Of a stretch of DNA of 64,000 nt, positions 18,308 to 29,400 are shown piece after piece; the first letter of the stretch is position 1, and each line of letters opens with the position of its first letter. The notes below the pieces were generated by a model. That model was not told the DNA's origin and ran no database searches. It saw only the letters and a list, made by a program, of their open reading frames with translations. Position numbers and translations under genes: made by a program. The stretch comes from Candidatus Bathyarchaeota archaeon (lineage in GTDB: Archaea > Thermoproteota > CALKCG01 > B24), in contig JAGTQM010000005.1 of the NCBI GenBank assembly GCA_018396755.1, forward strand, positions 23,620-87,619, in the 5' to 3' direction.

Positions 18308-20017
18308 TTATTCCTTACTCATTCGCTCCGCCCAATCATCCAATTTCATGCTTTCACTGATATGGGTAATACCGGCTCTACGGGCGATCTCGAGAAAGCT
18401 GCGGAGCAGTTTTAACCGTTTCTCTCCTTTCACTCGGTTCGTCGCCAGTTTAACGTACCAGACTGGTAGACGTGCCACCTGTACGCGGAAATGAACCTCC
18501 TCGTTGTCGGCTAGCTGTTCCGCTTTATCGAATAGCTTTTCAGCTTCCTCCAGAAATCCATCGTCTAGAAACGGTGAAGTCGGTGGGTCAAAAATATGAA
18601 CGTGAGCCTTTTTCTCCTTAACCTTCCGATGTAGTAGTTCTATGTAGGCTCGAATGACATGGGCTGCCCTGCCGTAATAGCCGTTTAGAAAATCGTCGAT
18701 ATGCTTCTGCACATCTGTTTCAGGATTCCAAAGAAGCTTCGCCAAAACATAAGCTCTTAACGGCGCCATTTCTCCGTTTCCACCTGGGGAATAGTTGCCT
18801 TGCTCAAACAAGCCTTTTACACCTTGTTTAACGAAAAACCTTACGTTCGATTGTAGTACTTCAAGGTTTGGGAATGGTTGAAGGTAGTGGGCGAAGTTGG
18901 TCGTATAATCCCAGACATATAGCGTCGGAGACAGCTGCCGCCAAGCTTCAATGTCTTCGCTGAAACTCCTATTCTCCTCTGACGGGCAGCTTTCCAACGG
19001 GTGGGAGAAGCAGCACTCGATGGAGCAAAGCCTGATTATGACGTTTCTACGTGGACGTAGGGTTTTCGGAGGCTTGCGGCTGTACTGGTAGGCGAGCGTT
19101 TCTACGCGGATATTCGGATAGTCTCGCTCGATGGATTCAGCGATCGTGTTGACAAACCTAATGATAGACGCGGCTGGACTCTCCTCAGCATCGTCAAATG
19201 CTTTACATTCTGAACACTGACACCACTTGCCTGTATCGTTCTGTGAAATATCGATGATCGTTGCATCGGGATGCGCTTTCAGCCATTTCCGCACCTGTTC
19301 AATCGCGATTTTAACAAGCTCAGAGTTGGATAAGCATCTTTGAACATATCCGCTGACACGCTTGCCATCCACCATTGGCCAGAAATCTGGGTGTTGTTCG
19401 CAGATTTCACGGTGTATTAGCTGGTCAAAACTGTGTACAAACGGGTAGAATACGACTGCTCGTCCACCGTGTTTCTCAGTCAATTGGTAATGGTGGCCAT
19501 TCAACCTATGACGGGCTGCGAAATCAGCATCCTGCAGCATCTCAGTCCAGAAGACTTCTCGATACTCTAAAACTGGCTTCCGCATCTCGTTCAGAGGAGG
19601 GATTTCAACACGTGTCATTTTTGGCACATACTCCACTTCAGGGGTAAACCAGCGGACGCCGAGCTTCTCCTCCAGTAGAGTGTAAACACCGTAGAGTGTT
19701 CCACGTGGTCTACCGCCGACGATAATAAGATAGCCGTTAAATGTTCTAAGCAGGAAGCCTTCTGAGCCAAGCTTAGCTAAGTCGACCTGTAACCCTAAGC
19801 TTCGTAGATGCTTATTATCGCCGAGTAGGATTTCACACTGCGTCATCGGTTGATCATCTGTAACGATGGGTAGCTTCACAACGCTAATATGCTCTAAGTA
19901 TTTCTGTAGCTCTTCAGCAGCATAGCGTTCCGACGGTACTGCATCCGCAGGTATGATTATGCGGTAGGGGCTTTTACCTTCATCCACCAATACGGTCGGC
20001 TTCGCCACAATAGACAT
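18308..20017 (-). CDS. DUF4838-family protein (putative glycoside hydrolase-like enzyme)
   Basis: 569 aa. The N-terminus IIIPADAVPSERYAAEELQKYLEHISVVKLPIV and the central HSF..L / WCQCSECKA segment are typical of DUF4838 proteins, which are mostly bacterial. Confidence 0.65.
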   Translation of the reverse strand: MSIVAKPTVLVDEGKSPYRIIIPADAVPSERYAAEELQKYLEHISVVKLPIVTDDQPMTQCEILLGDNKHLRSLGLQVDLAKLGSEGFLLRTFNGYLIIVGGRPRGTLYGVYTLLEEKLGVRWFTPEVEYVPKMTRVEIPPLNEMRKPVLEYREVFWTEMLQDADFAARHRLNGHHYQLTEKHGGRAVVFYPFVHSFDQLIHREICEQHPDFWPMVDGKRVSGYVQRCLSNSELVKIAIEQVRKWLKAHPDATIIDISQNDTGKWCQCSECKAFDDAEESPAASIIRFVNTIAESIERDYPNIRVETLAYQYSRKPPKTLRPRRNVIIRLCSIECCFSHPLESCPSEENRSFSEDIEAWRQLSPTLYVWDYTTNFAHYLQPFPNLEVLQSNVRFFVKQGVKGLFEQGNYSPGGNGEMAPLRAYVLAKLLWNPETDVQKHIDDFLNGYYGRAAHVIRAYIELLHRKVKEKKAHVHIFDPPTSPFLDDGFLEEAEKLFDKAEQLADNEEVHFRVQVARLPVWYVKLATNRVKGEKRLKLLRSFLEIARRAGITHISESMKLDDWAERMSKE

Positions 20018-20137
20018 ATTTCTGGAATTATAATTCTAACGATAAAAGCCTTACGAGTTCTTGTGAGAGATTAACGAGAAGAAGTAGGAATGAAAAATAT
20101 AAATCGCTTAAACTATACGAGAATTGTGAGGTAGAAA

Positions 20138-21157
20138 ATGAAGAAGTTAAAAGTGGCGGTTGTTGGAACAGGATGGGTTTCCGGCGAACATATGTCGGCT
20201 TATAAGGCTAATCAGTATACGGAGCTCGTTGCTGTATGTGGGAGGACAAAAGAGTCAGCGGAGAGAAAACTGAAAGAGTATGGTTATTCGGCGAAGATTT
20301 ACATCGATTTAGAGGAGATGCTTGAAAAAGAAGATATTGATATTCTGTCCATCTGTACTCCCAATAACCTGCATCCAGAAGAAACGATTATTGCAGCTGA
20401 GCATAAGAAGCATGTTTTAATTGAAAAACCCGTTGCACTTAACGAAGAAGACTTAAACAGGATGATTGAAGCGGTGGATAGGAACAAAGTAAAGACTCTT
20501 GTCAGCTTCGTCCTACACTGGAATCCGCTTCTCATGACGATCGATAAGCTTTTGCAAGACGATGCGATTGGTGAAATCTACTACGGAGAGGTCGATTACT
20601 TCCATGGAATCGGTCCATGGTATAAACAGTACAAGTGGAATATCAAAAGAGATGTTGGAGGGAGTAGTCTTCTCTCCGCTGGATGCCACGCTGTAGACGC
20701 GCTTTTATGGTTTATAGGAAGAAAGCCTGTTGAAGTGTTCTCTTTTACTACGAGGAGTAGTAACCCAGATTTTAAAGAGTACGAGTATGATCCTACAAAC
20801 GTAACTCTAATCAAATTTGATAATGGCTCAGTAGGGAAAGTCGCTTCTTCTCTCGACTGTAAAACTCCATACATCTTCAATATTGAATTATTCGGCTCCA
20901 AGGGAACGATCAGGAATAACCAGGTCTTTTCTCACAAGTTTCCTGGTCAAACAAACTATGCAACGATTCCTACAATATTGCCAGATAGCGGTGACGTGAG
21001 ACACCACCCCTTCGAGGGTGAGATAAACCATTTCGTAGACTGTATATTAAACGACAAGAAGCCATTTCCAGACTTGAAAGACGCCGTAGTAACGCATAGA
21101 GTGATCTTTGCTTCAGACCTCTCTGCTAAAGAGGGAAAACCCATAAGAGTTACTTGA
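20138..21157 (+). CDS. Gfo/Idh/MocA-family oxidoreductase
   Basis: KVAVVGTGWVSGEH Rossmann motif and LIEKPVAL (EKP motif); 339 aa. Confidence 0.85.
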   Translation: MKKLKVAVVGTGWVSGEHMSAYKANQYTELVAVCGRTKESAERKLKEYGYSAKIYIDLEEMLEKEDIDILSICTPNNLHPEETIIAAEHKKHVLIEKPVALNEEDLNRMIEAVDRNKVKTLVSFVLHWNPLLMTIDKLLQDDAIGEIYYGEVDYFHGIGPWYKQYKWNIKRDVGGSSLLSAGCHAVDALLWFIGRKPVEVFSFTTRSSNPDFKEYEYDPTNVTLIKFDNGSVGKVASSLDCKTPYIFNIELFGSKGTIRNNQVFSHKFPGQTNYATIPTILPDSGDVRHHPFEGEINHFVDCILNDKKPFPDLKDAVVTHRVIFASDLSAKEGKPIRVT

Positions 21158-21442
21158 CAGCGAAAACCCACCTATTAGCTCTTCTATTTTTCTTTTCAAG
21201 TTTAATTTCTCATTTCAATTAGTAGCGACTAACCGAATGTGTAGCCGTAACTTTGAAAGATGGATCCATTATGAAGTGGACAGGTTCACACGTTATTGGA
21301 CAAGACAAAAAGTTATTAATCTCGGTTTACAGGTTTTACGCATTCTTCGAAAAACTATGGAGTCACGGGTCACTATAATAAATAGTTGCTCATTTTTCTG
21401 TTAAAGTCTTTTATCACGTTCATCAATGTAAGGAGATGTAAA

Positions 21443-21883
21443 TCATCGGTTTTCAGAGAGTTTCTCTATTATCGATTTAAGCTTTTGAATCAGCTCCTTA
21501 GGTAGGTTTTCATCGTCCAACCATTCTCTTACGTGTATTAGCCTCAGTTTAACATACGCTAGGTCTCCCTTGTTGAACGCATGCTTAATCTCATATTCCA
21601 TCGCTGTAAGATGGGCTTCATAAATGGTCTTTGAATGGCGATTGACGATTGTCGTGTTGTCGATTGTTATGCCTTTCTTCTTCAATTCGCTTATCTCAAC
21701 GATTTCATGCACCATTAGAAACTCGCTACGTAAAACTTCTTCCAGTGTTATTCTATCACCGCTGACCGTTTTACCAGTCATGTAGTCGTAAAACTCCCTT
21801 GGCGATATATCTTCACAGTCATAGCCGAGACTCCTAGCGATCTTAATGGCTTTTCTCACTTTAAGAGGGAGAGCATCAGACAT
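21443..21883 (-). CDS. Hypothetical protein
   Basis: 146-aa ORF with coding-like composition and an HEIVEISE segment. I recognise no family. Confidence 0.45.
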   Translation of the reverse strand: MSDALPLKVRKAIKIARSLGYDCEDISPREFYDYMTGKTVSGDRITLEEVLRSEFLMVHEIVEISELKKKGITIDNTTIVNRHSKTIYEAHLTAMEYEIKHAFNKGDLAYVKLRLIHVREWLDDENLPKELIQKLKSIIEKLSENR

Positions 21884-22035
21884 AGGGAAACACTCACGTT
21901 ATAATACGCATGGAAGATATTTAACGTCTCTTATTCTACGGATACTGTATCAAGTGAAACCTATATCTGACATTGGGAGTTTAGAGCTGTATGCAAATTT
22001 AAATACAGGCTGGGTTTAGATAAAAATGTGGGAAT

Positions 22036-22305
22036 ATGTCGGAAATCGAAAAGAAAATTGATGAATGTATAGAAGAACTAAGCCAGTATAGGTTTTTCTC
22101 AGCTGAAGCTGAAATGGCGATAAAAAACTTTGAAGAGCTTAAAAAGCAGATGAAAAACCTGTCTAGGGAAAACATCGATGATATTATAAGAGGAGTGGAG
22201 GAAGGATACCGGGCAAGCCTACCATATTCAGGCTTCCTCCCCACGACCGTGGCAAACTTAAAATTCATTAAAGAGTGGCTTGAGAAGAAGAAGGAAGAAC
22301 TATAG
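22036..22305 (+). CDS. Hypothetical helical/coiled-coil protein
   Basis: 89-aa charged ORF. The antisense ORF 21999..22268 looks non-coding. Confidence 0.35.
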   Translation: MSEIEKKIDECIEELSQYRFFSAEAEMAIKNFEELKKQMKNLSRENIDDIIRGVEEGYRASLPYSGFLPTTVANLKFIKEWLEKKKEEL

Positions 22306-22334
22306 CTTTCAGATACACTCTTATTTTTATTTCA

Positions 22335-23306
22335 TTAAGGCTTTATATTCGATGAATCAATATTAGGTTTTCCCGGGTCTCTATCCAACAGGTAACCACT
22401 ACTGATATATCTGTCTCCGGAATCCGGCAGTATAACGACTATTGTCTTCCCTTTTCCCAATTCTCTGGCTTTTCTAACTGCAACGTGCATCGCGGCTCCT
22501 GAAGATATACCGACGAAAAGCCCCTCTTCTCTTATAAGTCTCCTAGTCATTTCAACCGCTTCTCTAAGGCTTACGTTGACTTTTTCATCTATGACCGACG
22601 CGTCGAATATTGGAGGAGTATGCTCTTTCAAGTTTGCTAAGCCTAGGATCTTCTCCCCCTCCATAGGCTCCACTGCTACTACTCTAATATTTGGATTGAA
22701 TTCTTTCAGTCTTCTTCCGACTCCAACGACTGTCCCGGTTGTTCCAATACCAGCGACCAACATATCTACTTTGCCACCAGTCTGCTCAATTATCTCCCGT
22801 CCGGTGGTTTCATAGTGTGCCAACGGATTTAAAGCGCTATTAAACTGACCCAGTAGAATGTACTTCCCAGGGTTTTCTTCAACCATTCTGCGTGCAATCT
22901 CAATGGCTTCAACTTCGTCTTTAGTAAGCATTATCTCTGCGCCGAACGTCTTCACCATGGCTTTCCTCTCTTCGCCAACGTACTCAGGCATTACTATTAG
23001 AGCATTATAGCCTTTAACAGAGGCGATCATAGCTAAAGCTATCCCAGTATTACCAGAGGTTGCTTCAACAATTGTCATGCCTTTAGTCAGCTTCCCCTCC
23101 TTCTCCAGTTTTCCAACCATATATTTCACCATTCTGTCTTTGATCGACCCCGCGGGGTTAAACTTCTCCAACTTCGCTAAAATGGATGCATCGTCTCCTC
23201 TAGTCAACTTGTTTATCCTCACCATCGGTGTATTTCCGATCAAATCTAAAACGCTATCTGCAATCTTCAAAATCCCCACCTCAATGGTCTGCCATGATCC
23301 GTTCAA
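22335..23306 (-). CDS. PLP-dependent cysteine synthase / cystathionine beta-synthase family enzyme
   Basis: GNTPMVRINKL, NPAGSIKDR (PLP lysine), SGNTGIALA and GIGTTGT motifs. Confidence 0.85.
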   Translation of the reverse strand: MNGSWQTIEVGILKIADSVLDLIGNTPMVRINKLTRGDDASILAKLEKFNPAGSIKDRMVKYMVGKLEKEGKLTKGMTIVEATSGNTGIALAMIASVKGYNALIVMPEYVGEERKAMVKTFGAEIMLTKDEVEAIEIARRMVEENPGKYILLGQFNSALNPLAHYETTGREIIEQTGGKVDMLVAGIGTTGTVVGVGRRLKEFNPNIRVVAVEPMEGEKILGLANLKEHTPPIFDASVIDEKVNVSLREAVEMTRRLIREEGLFVGISSGAAMHVAVRKARELGKGKTIVVILPDSGDRYISSGYLLDRDPGKPNIDSSNIKP

Positions 23307-23430
23307 CCGCTTGCAGTAATCCTATAATCTGATAGGGTAAATATTAGTCTTACCGATTCAAAATGCAATAGCCCGTGTTTTTAAAAGCTACAATGCTTAT
23401 AAGGTTAGCTTCCAGAAGGTTTTAAAGGCG

Positions 23431-24102
23431 TTGTTTTCTTTGAAAATCGACGTACATGTTCACACGGCTTACTCAGACGGGCGTGGAACTGTTAGAGAGA
23501 TTCTTAAAATCGCTAAGTTTAAAGGTTTAGATGGATTAGCTATAACAGACCACGATTGTCTCAAAGGGTATTTTAAAGCTAAACTTTACAGTAGCGGTTT
23601 ACTCGTAATACCTGGGTATGAGGTTCATACGGATGCAGGACATGTGCTCGTACTAGGATTGGAACTCCTACCTTCTGAAACGAGGCGTATACGTTATGAA
23701 GAGCTTGTAGAATGGGTTAGATGTATGGGTGGGTTGACGGTTTTAGCACATCCAGCCGCTGGAAGAATCAAATTAAACAGATGGATACGTTGTAAGCCAG
23801 ATGCAGTTGAAATATTAAACGCTCTATATCCATTACATGGATATTTTGTCCATAGGGGGTTGAACGTCGCTTCGAAACTCGGTGTTCCAACCGTAGGCGG
23901 AAGCGACGCCCACTATCCTCAGAATGTTGGAGACGCTTACACAATTGTTGAATCGGATAATCCAAGCTTGAAGGATTTTATGGAGTATTTTAGAAGAGGG
24001 AGCGTGTACTTCGGCGGAAGGCTATCACCTTTATCATCGAGGCTTAAAGTCGGTTTAGGATACATTATTTCCATGGTGGGGGGCTACGTTGAAAAACATT
24101 AA
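23431..24102 (+). CDS. PHP-domain metal-dependent phosphoesterase
   Basis: IDVHVHTAYSDG, ITDHD and GGSDAHY motifs. Confidence 0.75.
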   Translation: MFSLKIDVHVHTAYSDGRGTVREILKIAKFKGLDGLAITDHDCLKGYFKAKLYSSGLLVIPGYEVHTDAGHVLVLGLELLPSETRRIRYEELVEWVRCMGGLTVLAHPAAGRIKLNRWIRCKPDAVEILNALYPLHGYFVHRGLNVASKLGVPTVGGSDAHYPQNVGDAYTIVESDNPSLKDFMEYFRRGSVYFGGRLSPLSSRLKVGLGYIISMVGGYVEKH

Positions 24103-24144
24103 AACTATTCGCACGAATAAAAAAAGAAGGGGTTTGTAGAACGT

Positions 24145-24519
24145 TTATGCCTTCCATAGGCCGTGGATGTTACAGTATTCTCTGGCTTGGATTTTATCTA
24201 CTTTTACTTCGAAATCCGCCTCAGGTTTATCGCCCGGTTTGAGAAACTTCCTATGTGTTGCGCCCTCAACAATCACCTCTATCCACTCTATGTAATGTTT
24301 CTCCTCCATCGGATGGGGAGTTGAACCGACTTTAACCCTCACGCCTTTCTCCGTCTTCTCTATTACGGGTACGTGTTTCTCCATACCTACGTCTTCTGTC
24401 TTCTCTTTAAGCAACTCCATAGGTCGTCCACAGCAAACCAATTGGCCGACGCCGGCATGGAGAACTTCAACAATGTTTCCACAGATGCTGCACCTATATA
24501 TTTGTCTCCGCTCCGTCAT
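24145..24519 (-). CDS. dfx: Desulfoferrodoxin (2Fe superoxide reductase)
   Basis: N-terminal desulforedoxin motif [12 protein letters not shown]...CCG, then EKHVPVIE and the H..EW..I SOR core. Start placed at the internal Met; the track ORF starts at 24546. Confidence 0.85.
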   Translation of the reverse strand: MTERRQIYRCSICGNIVEVLHAGVGQLVCCGRPMELLKEKTEDVGMEKHVPVIEKTEKGVRVKVGSTPHPMEEKHYIEWIEVIVEGATHRKFLKPGDKPEADFEVKVDKIQAREYCNIHGLWKA

Positions 24520-24530
24520 ATCGTCACTCC

Positions 24531-25130
24531 CTAGTACTCTTCGCATTTAACTTGGTAGAAGCTTTTCTCATGGTCGCAGGATGGGCATTTCTCCGGCGGT
24601 TCTCTACCGAAATGTACGTATCCACATTCTCTGCAAACCCACCATACTGCTTTATCCTTCTTAAACACCGTGCCACTTTCAACTTCTTTAAGTAGTTTCC
24701 TAAATCTCTCTTCATGGTGTTGCTCGGCAACAGCTATAGCTCTAAGTCTTATAGCGATCTCCCGGAGACCTTCTCTTTCAGCGGCTACGGCAAACTCTGG
24801 ATACATTTTAGTATGTTCATAGTTTTCACCTGCTATTGCAGCCTTCAGGTTTTCAGCAGTAGAGCCTAGAGTTGTTGGGGCAGTTGCTTCGACTTTCAAT
24901 TCTTCAAGTTTTTCTCCGCTTTTCCTGATAAGCTCGTTGATCAACTTAAACAGTACACTGGCATGTTCTCTTTCGTTTTCCGCGGTTATGAGGAAGATTT
25001 CAGCAATCTGTTCGAAGCCTTCTCTTCTAGCGGTTTTCGCGTAGAATGTGTATCTGTTTCTCGCTTGGCTTTCACCGATGAAAGCCTTAGCCAGGTTTAC
25101 TATTGTTTCCTGCATAAGAACACCCTCCAA
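24531..25130 (-). CDS. rbr: Rubrerythrin
   Basis: Ferritin-like diiron motifs ([11 protein letters not shown]) and a C-terminal rubredoxin-like WVCRECGY...CPSCDH. Confidence 0.9.
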   Translation of the reverse strand: MEGVLMQETIVNLAKAFIGESQARNRYTFYAKTARREGFEQIAEIFLITAENEREHASVLFKLINELIRKSGEKLEELKVEATAPTTLGSTAENLKAAIAGENYEHTKMYPEFAVAAEREGLREIAIRLRAIAVAEQHHEERFRKLLKEVESGTVFKKDKAVWWVCRECGYVHFGREPPEKCPSCDHEKSFYQVKCEEY

Positions 25131-25316
25131 GTTTATATGGCGTCGACTAAACGTTTAAACATTACCATCCGATGCTTATCTCTAAGAGCTTAAATTGGTT
25201 TATAAAGGGTTTTCCCCATTTCCAGTAAACTTTAGAAAACATTGTTTAACTTGTAGAAGCTGGAAGATTCAAAATATTTATGTAGTCGGAGAGGGAAACT
25301 ATAAAGGCGAGTTAGC

Positions 25317-25607
25317 TTGAATATTTCAGATTTAAAACCCGGTATGAGGAATATAAGCCTTAAAGCCAGAATCATCGATGTTTCAGAGCCTAGGACTGTT
25401 GAAACAAGAATAGGAACCGCTAGAGTTGCCGATGCAACTATTCAGGATGAAACTGGAACAGTTAAAATGAGCCTTTGGAATGATCAGATAGAACGTTTCT
25501 CTGTAGGCGATGTAATAACCATAAGCAATGGATATACGAGTACATTCCGCGGTGAAATGCGGGTTAACGTAGGAAGATATGGGAAAATCTCCAAGGTCAG
25601 ACAGTAG
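25317..25607 (+). CDS. OB-fold nucleic-acid-binding protein (SSB-like)
   Basis: 96 aa. ISLKARIIDVSEPRTV....ATIQDETGTVKMSLWNDQ...GDVITISNGY is the classic single OB-fold pattern. Confidence 0.6.
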   Translation: MNISDLKPGMRNISLKARIIDVSEPRTVETRIGTARVADATIQDETGTVKMSLWNDQIERFSVGDVITISNGYTSTFRGEMRVNVGRYGKISKVRQ

Positions 25608-25699
25608 AAAAGTAGTGATGAAATACGTATTTGAATGATTGAAAGCGAATACAGTACCTAGTGTCTAGTAGACACTATAAGAGTTTAATGGGCTTTCCT

Positions 25700-26161
25700 T
25701 TAAACGTATTTCAGCTTCTCCCAGAATAAACAGCCCTCTCCCTTCTCCCCGGTTTCAGAGTCCTCTACGACTATGCAGATCCGACTGTAATCTAAGTTTG
25801 ACAATTGCTCCGGTAGAGATGTTTGAATTAAATAGCCAAATATCACTTGGTCTTCACCAGCCGCTTCTTCCACCTTGTTTAAGACGAGGATTTTCACGGG
25901 AAGCCCGTCGATACGTGCATTGATCTCCATATCGTGATAGGCTAAGACGTTCCAAGCCCAATATTCAAGGTTTTTCACCGCATAGTCTTTACATATATAC
26001 ATGGCGATATAAGTCCCTTCATCGACTTTGAGACGGTATTTCCCCTCAGCGTCGGTAAACGTTTGATATATCGTTTCGAAGCGCTTATTCTTAATTTCCA
26101 CGGTAGCTCCTTCAATCGAGTTGCCGTCGAAATCCGTCACATTTCCATATATTTCAACCAA
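25700..26161 (-). CDS. Carboxypeptidase-regulatory-like (transthyretin-like) domain protein
   Basis: GNVTDFDGNSIEGATVEIKNK...TDAEGKYRLKVDEGTY motif. Confidence 0.5.
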   Translation of the reverse strand: MVEIYGNVTDFDGNSIEGATVEIKNKRFETIYQTFTDAEGKYRLKVDEGTYIAMYICKDYAVKNLEYWAWNVLAYHDMEINARIDGLPVKILVLNKVEEAAGEDQVIFGYLIQTSLPEQLSNLDYSRICIVVEDSETGEKGEGCLFWEKLKYV

Positions 26162-26333
26162 TTAAACCGTCACCACTCTATCAAACAGTTGAATATCTTA
26201 TTAATCTTTAAACTCGTTTTAAAATAGTAAAGACTCTTTCTCCAATCCAACAGATAATACTCAGTTCCCACACATTTTAAACTAAAAGTTAATTTGGCAG
26301 ATATTATGATATCTATGTCAAAAATCCATGAGA

Positions 26334-26407
26334 AGCCCCGGGTGGGGTTTGAACCCACGGCAACCTGCTTACGAGGCAGGCACTCTACCTGGCTGAGTTA
26401 CCGGGGC
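26334..26407 (-). tRNA. tRNA-Thr (CGT), no intron
   Basis: The reverse complement folds as a cloverleaf. Acceptor gccccgg/ccggggc, D arm actc/gagt, anticodon stem cctgc/gcagg with loop ctCGTaa, T arm gtggg-ttcaaac-cccac. Confidence 0.9.
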
Positions 26408-26456
26408 TTTATTTAAAGCAAAAGTGATAAGGGACTTTAAAGATTTTCCTCTAAAA

Positions 26457-29400
26457 CTATCTTTTAGGTGCTGTACCTGATAGAATCGCCTTCTTATAGC
26501 GGTCCCAGTCTCTCAGTATTTCCCTCATAAGGTTTACTGTTACATCTATTGTTTTCTCAGACATCCCAGGTTCTTTAGGCTTTGAAAGTAGAACTATGTT
26601 GAATGCGTCTGAGCTTGGCGGTTTTGTCGCTCTAAGCTCGTTCACCGTTGCATATTCACGGTATGTATGTGTAAAACGTATTCTAAAGACTTCAGTATTA
26701 TCCGCTAAAATCTCCTCCTCTAGGCTTACGTTTTCCACACGTTCAATCATCCCTGAAATATCCTTCAACCTATCCATCACGAAGGCCGTGAAAAACGGCT
26801 TCTCCGTGATTTGAACCCTGATAGGCATAGCTATACTCCTCTCATGGTAGACTTTGAAGATCTTCTCCTCCCTCTTAGCCCTTTCAACCTCGGGGATCTT
26901 AATCTTCCTCATAAGCGACGGCGTAGCCATAACGGCGGCTCTTATAGCAGGCACAACAGCTGATAAGACTGAGACGGTTATGGAGAAGGCTAACCCTATA
27001 ACACCCCAATACCACTCAAGCTTCTCCCTGACACCTATTTGACCAGCAGGTCCTAGGAAGTTCATAATCCGGTAGGCGCCTAAACCCGCGTAGTAGCCTA
27101 TGCCTCCGCCTATTAACCCCATAACTATAGACTCCGCTAGGAAGACGCTTGCAATATGCGCCGGGTTAAGCCCTAAAGCAGCTAGCAGAACCATCTCCCT
27201 CCTACGTTCGTAGATCAAGTTAACCATAACCATGAATACGTTGAGAAACACCAGCGTAGCCGGGACTAAAAGCTCAATGAAACCTTTAATCTCCCACTTC
27301 TCACCCATGTAAATCCTTGAAACCCTACCGTTGAAGAAAACCCATGCGTAGTACTCTCGAAAAGCCATCCTATTTGCAAAACTATTTAAAGCGTTCTCAT
27401 TATTTATAGGTATGAAGACTGACGGTATACCGATCATATCAGATAAACCGATAACTTCGCCTTCCTGAGATGTGAGGCTTAAAATCTCCCATGCGTTGAA
27501 AACAGCAAACTCTGTAGCGTTGACGGGAGCATATTCACCTTCACCGGTAAGCTTGTAGGGTGCTATAGGCTTACCGTTAATATCACTAGCCTCCAAAATG
27601 GCGTCATTCACATAACCAGCCACTGTGAAATTCCACGTATTTACCTCCACACCTCCTGATAGACTTGATACCTGAATCATATCACCAGGTTTCACTCCAA
27701 GCATTCCAGCTAAACTCTCAGTTAAAGCAATAGCCATATTTTTAGTGAAGAAGCCTATGGGTAAGTATGCTGTTAAACCAAGCTCTTCAGCTATTTCCTC
27801 CGTCAAACCTAAAACACCATATAGATTAGCAAGGCGTCCAGTTGTAGTCCTAAGGCGGATTATCGAAGAGTTTAATGGAATATTATCCACCCGGATTAAA
27901 AATCTTTCAGCACCATATGCCCTTAAAGCCTCAAGTTCACCTTCTACGAAAAAGCGATCTACGCTTAAAACCTTTGTATTATTGAAGGGTATTTTCTCAA
28001 GTAGACAGCCGTTCAATTGAACGTTTGTAGAATCCGGTCCTTCAATGACCACGCCTTGGATCCTTGAGAAAGACGTAAACGCCGTCAACACCATTATAAG
28101 CATCGCTAGAGATATTATGCAGAATGCCGACCTCAGCTTTCTACGTTTGACGTTGCGTTTACCTATTGAGAAGATGACCGTGATAATGCTTTTAAGCGAC
28201 GGCTTTCCCTCGATCTCAGGCGGTCTATATATTCTCGGAAGACCAAAGTACAAGCCTACCACAACGGCGATCGACAACATTATCACAGAGATGAAGAATA
28301 GGCTTCCAGCTATGACTATAGGTCTTAAACCTATAGACTTACCTATGTCGAAGAAGCTGAATACAACCTTGGTTTCAGGATGCATGATTATCTTAAAACC
28401 CGGATATATGTAGTAGAGGGTGATTATTACGAGAACGTATAAAATCAACGCTGTTAAAATCTTCCTCCTAGCATCCTCAAACAGGAAACTCCCCACGGCT
28501 ATTGAGAAAACGGCGAAGAAAAGCGGGTAGAACGTTGAGTGAGACTGAGCTAAAACTCTCATAGCCACTAAACGGTTTTCTAAAAGCCTAAAGTTGAAGT
28601 AAGCCTCCTCGATAAACTGGAAGCGGACAGCATCGAGATCACTATCCGTGGGGTTGAAGTTTATAGGCGGTAGCAAGTGTTTAGCGGATTCCACGTTGCT
28701 TAGAACTCTATCTCTAAGGTCTTCTCTCTCCGCTCCAAGGTAGAAGCCTTCCTCCTCGGCTTGAACGAACCTTCTCTCCAAATCCCTAGACAATACTTCA
28801 ATAGCATCAGTACTCAGCTTGTAGACATCACCTCGAATATCGAGTAGAATATGCTGCCCCTTGCTTAGAATAAATGGACCCCCCCTGAAGCCTATAAGCA
28901 CGGGCAGTATCTCTTTCCTCATCGTACGTTCATTGCGAAACTCCATCTTAGCTATAAGGTAAATAGGCGTGTCGGCAGGCACTACGACCAGGTTTCTCAT
29001 GAAGAGGTCTCTTGAAGATAGGAATTGAATATCTGCACCGTATATGCCTAGGCGCTGTTTAACCGTGTAAATCGGCGGCTCACCATATATTACCACCGTA
29101 CTCTTAGGAAGAACAGGTGTTTCAAAGGTCGAAGCATCAACTATTGTCAGTAGATACCATGAGGGCGCTGTTCTACTGAGAATATACCATATGTCAAACT
29201 TCCGCCTAGGGTAGATTTCAATAGAAGCACCTGGTACGAGTCTAAAATTCACCTCTAGCGATTCTCTAACGCCTCCCTTAGAAACATCTTCAGGGTAGAC
29301 TGCAGGTACGTAGTCTATTAAACCAGTAGAGCTGTTCCTATGGAGGACGTATACTACGTATTCACATCTTGCACCATACCTATCATACATCGGAAGCAAA

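Noticed and set aside
25614-25680. GUGAUGA plus UGAUUGA boxes suggesting an archaeal C/D-box sRNA between the OB-fold gene and the next gene.
   Set aside because: No CUGA D or D' boxes occur at the required roughly 12-nt guide spacing, and there is no terminal stem.
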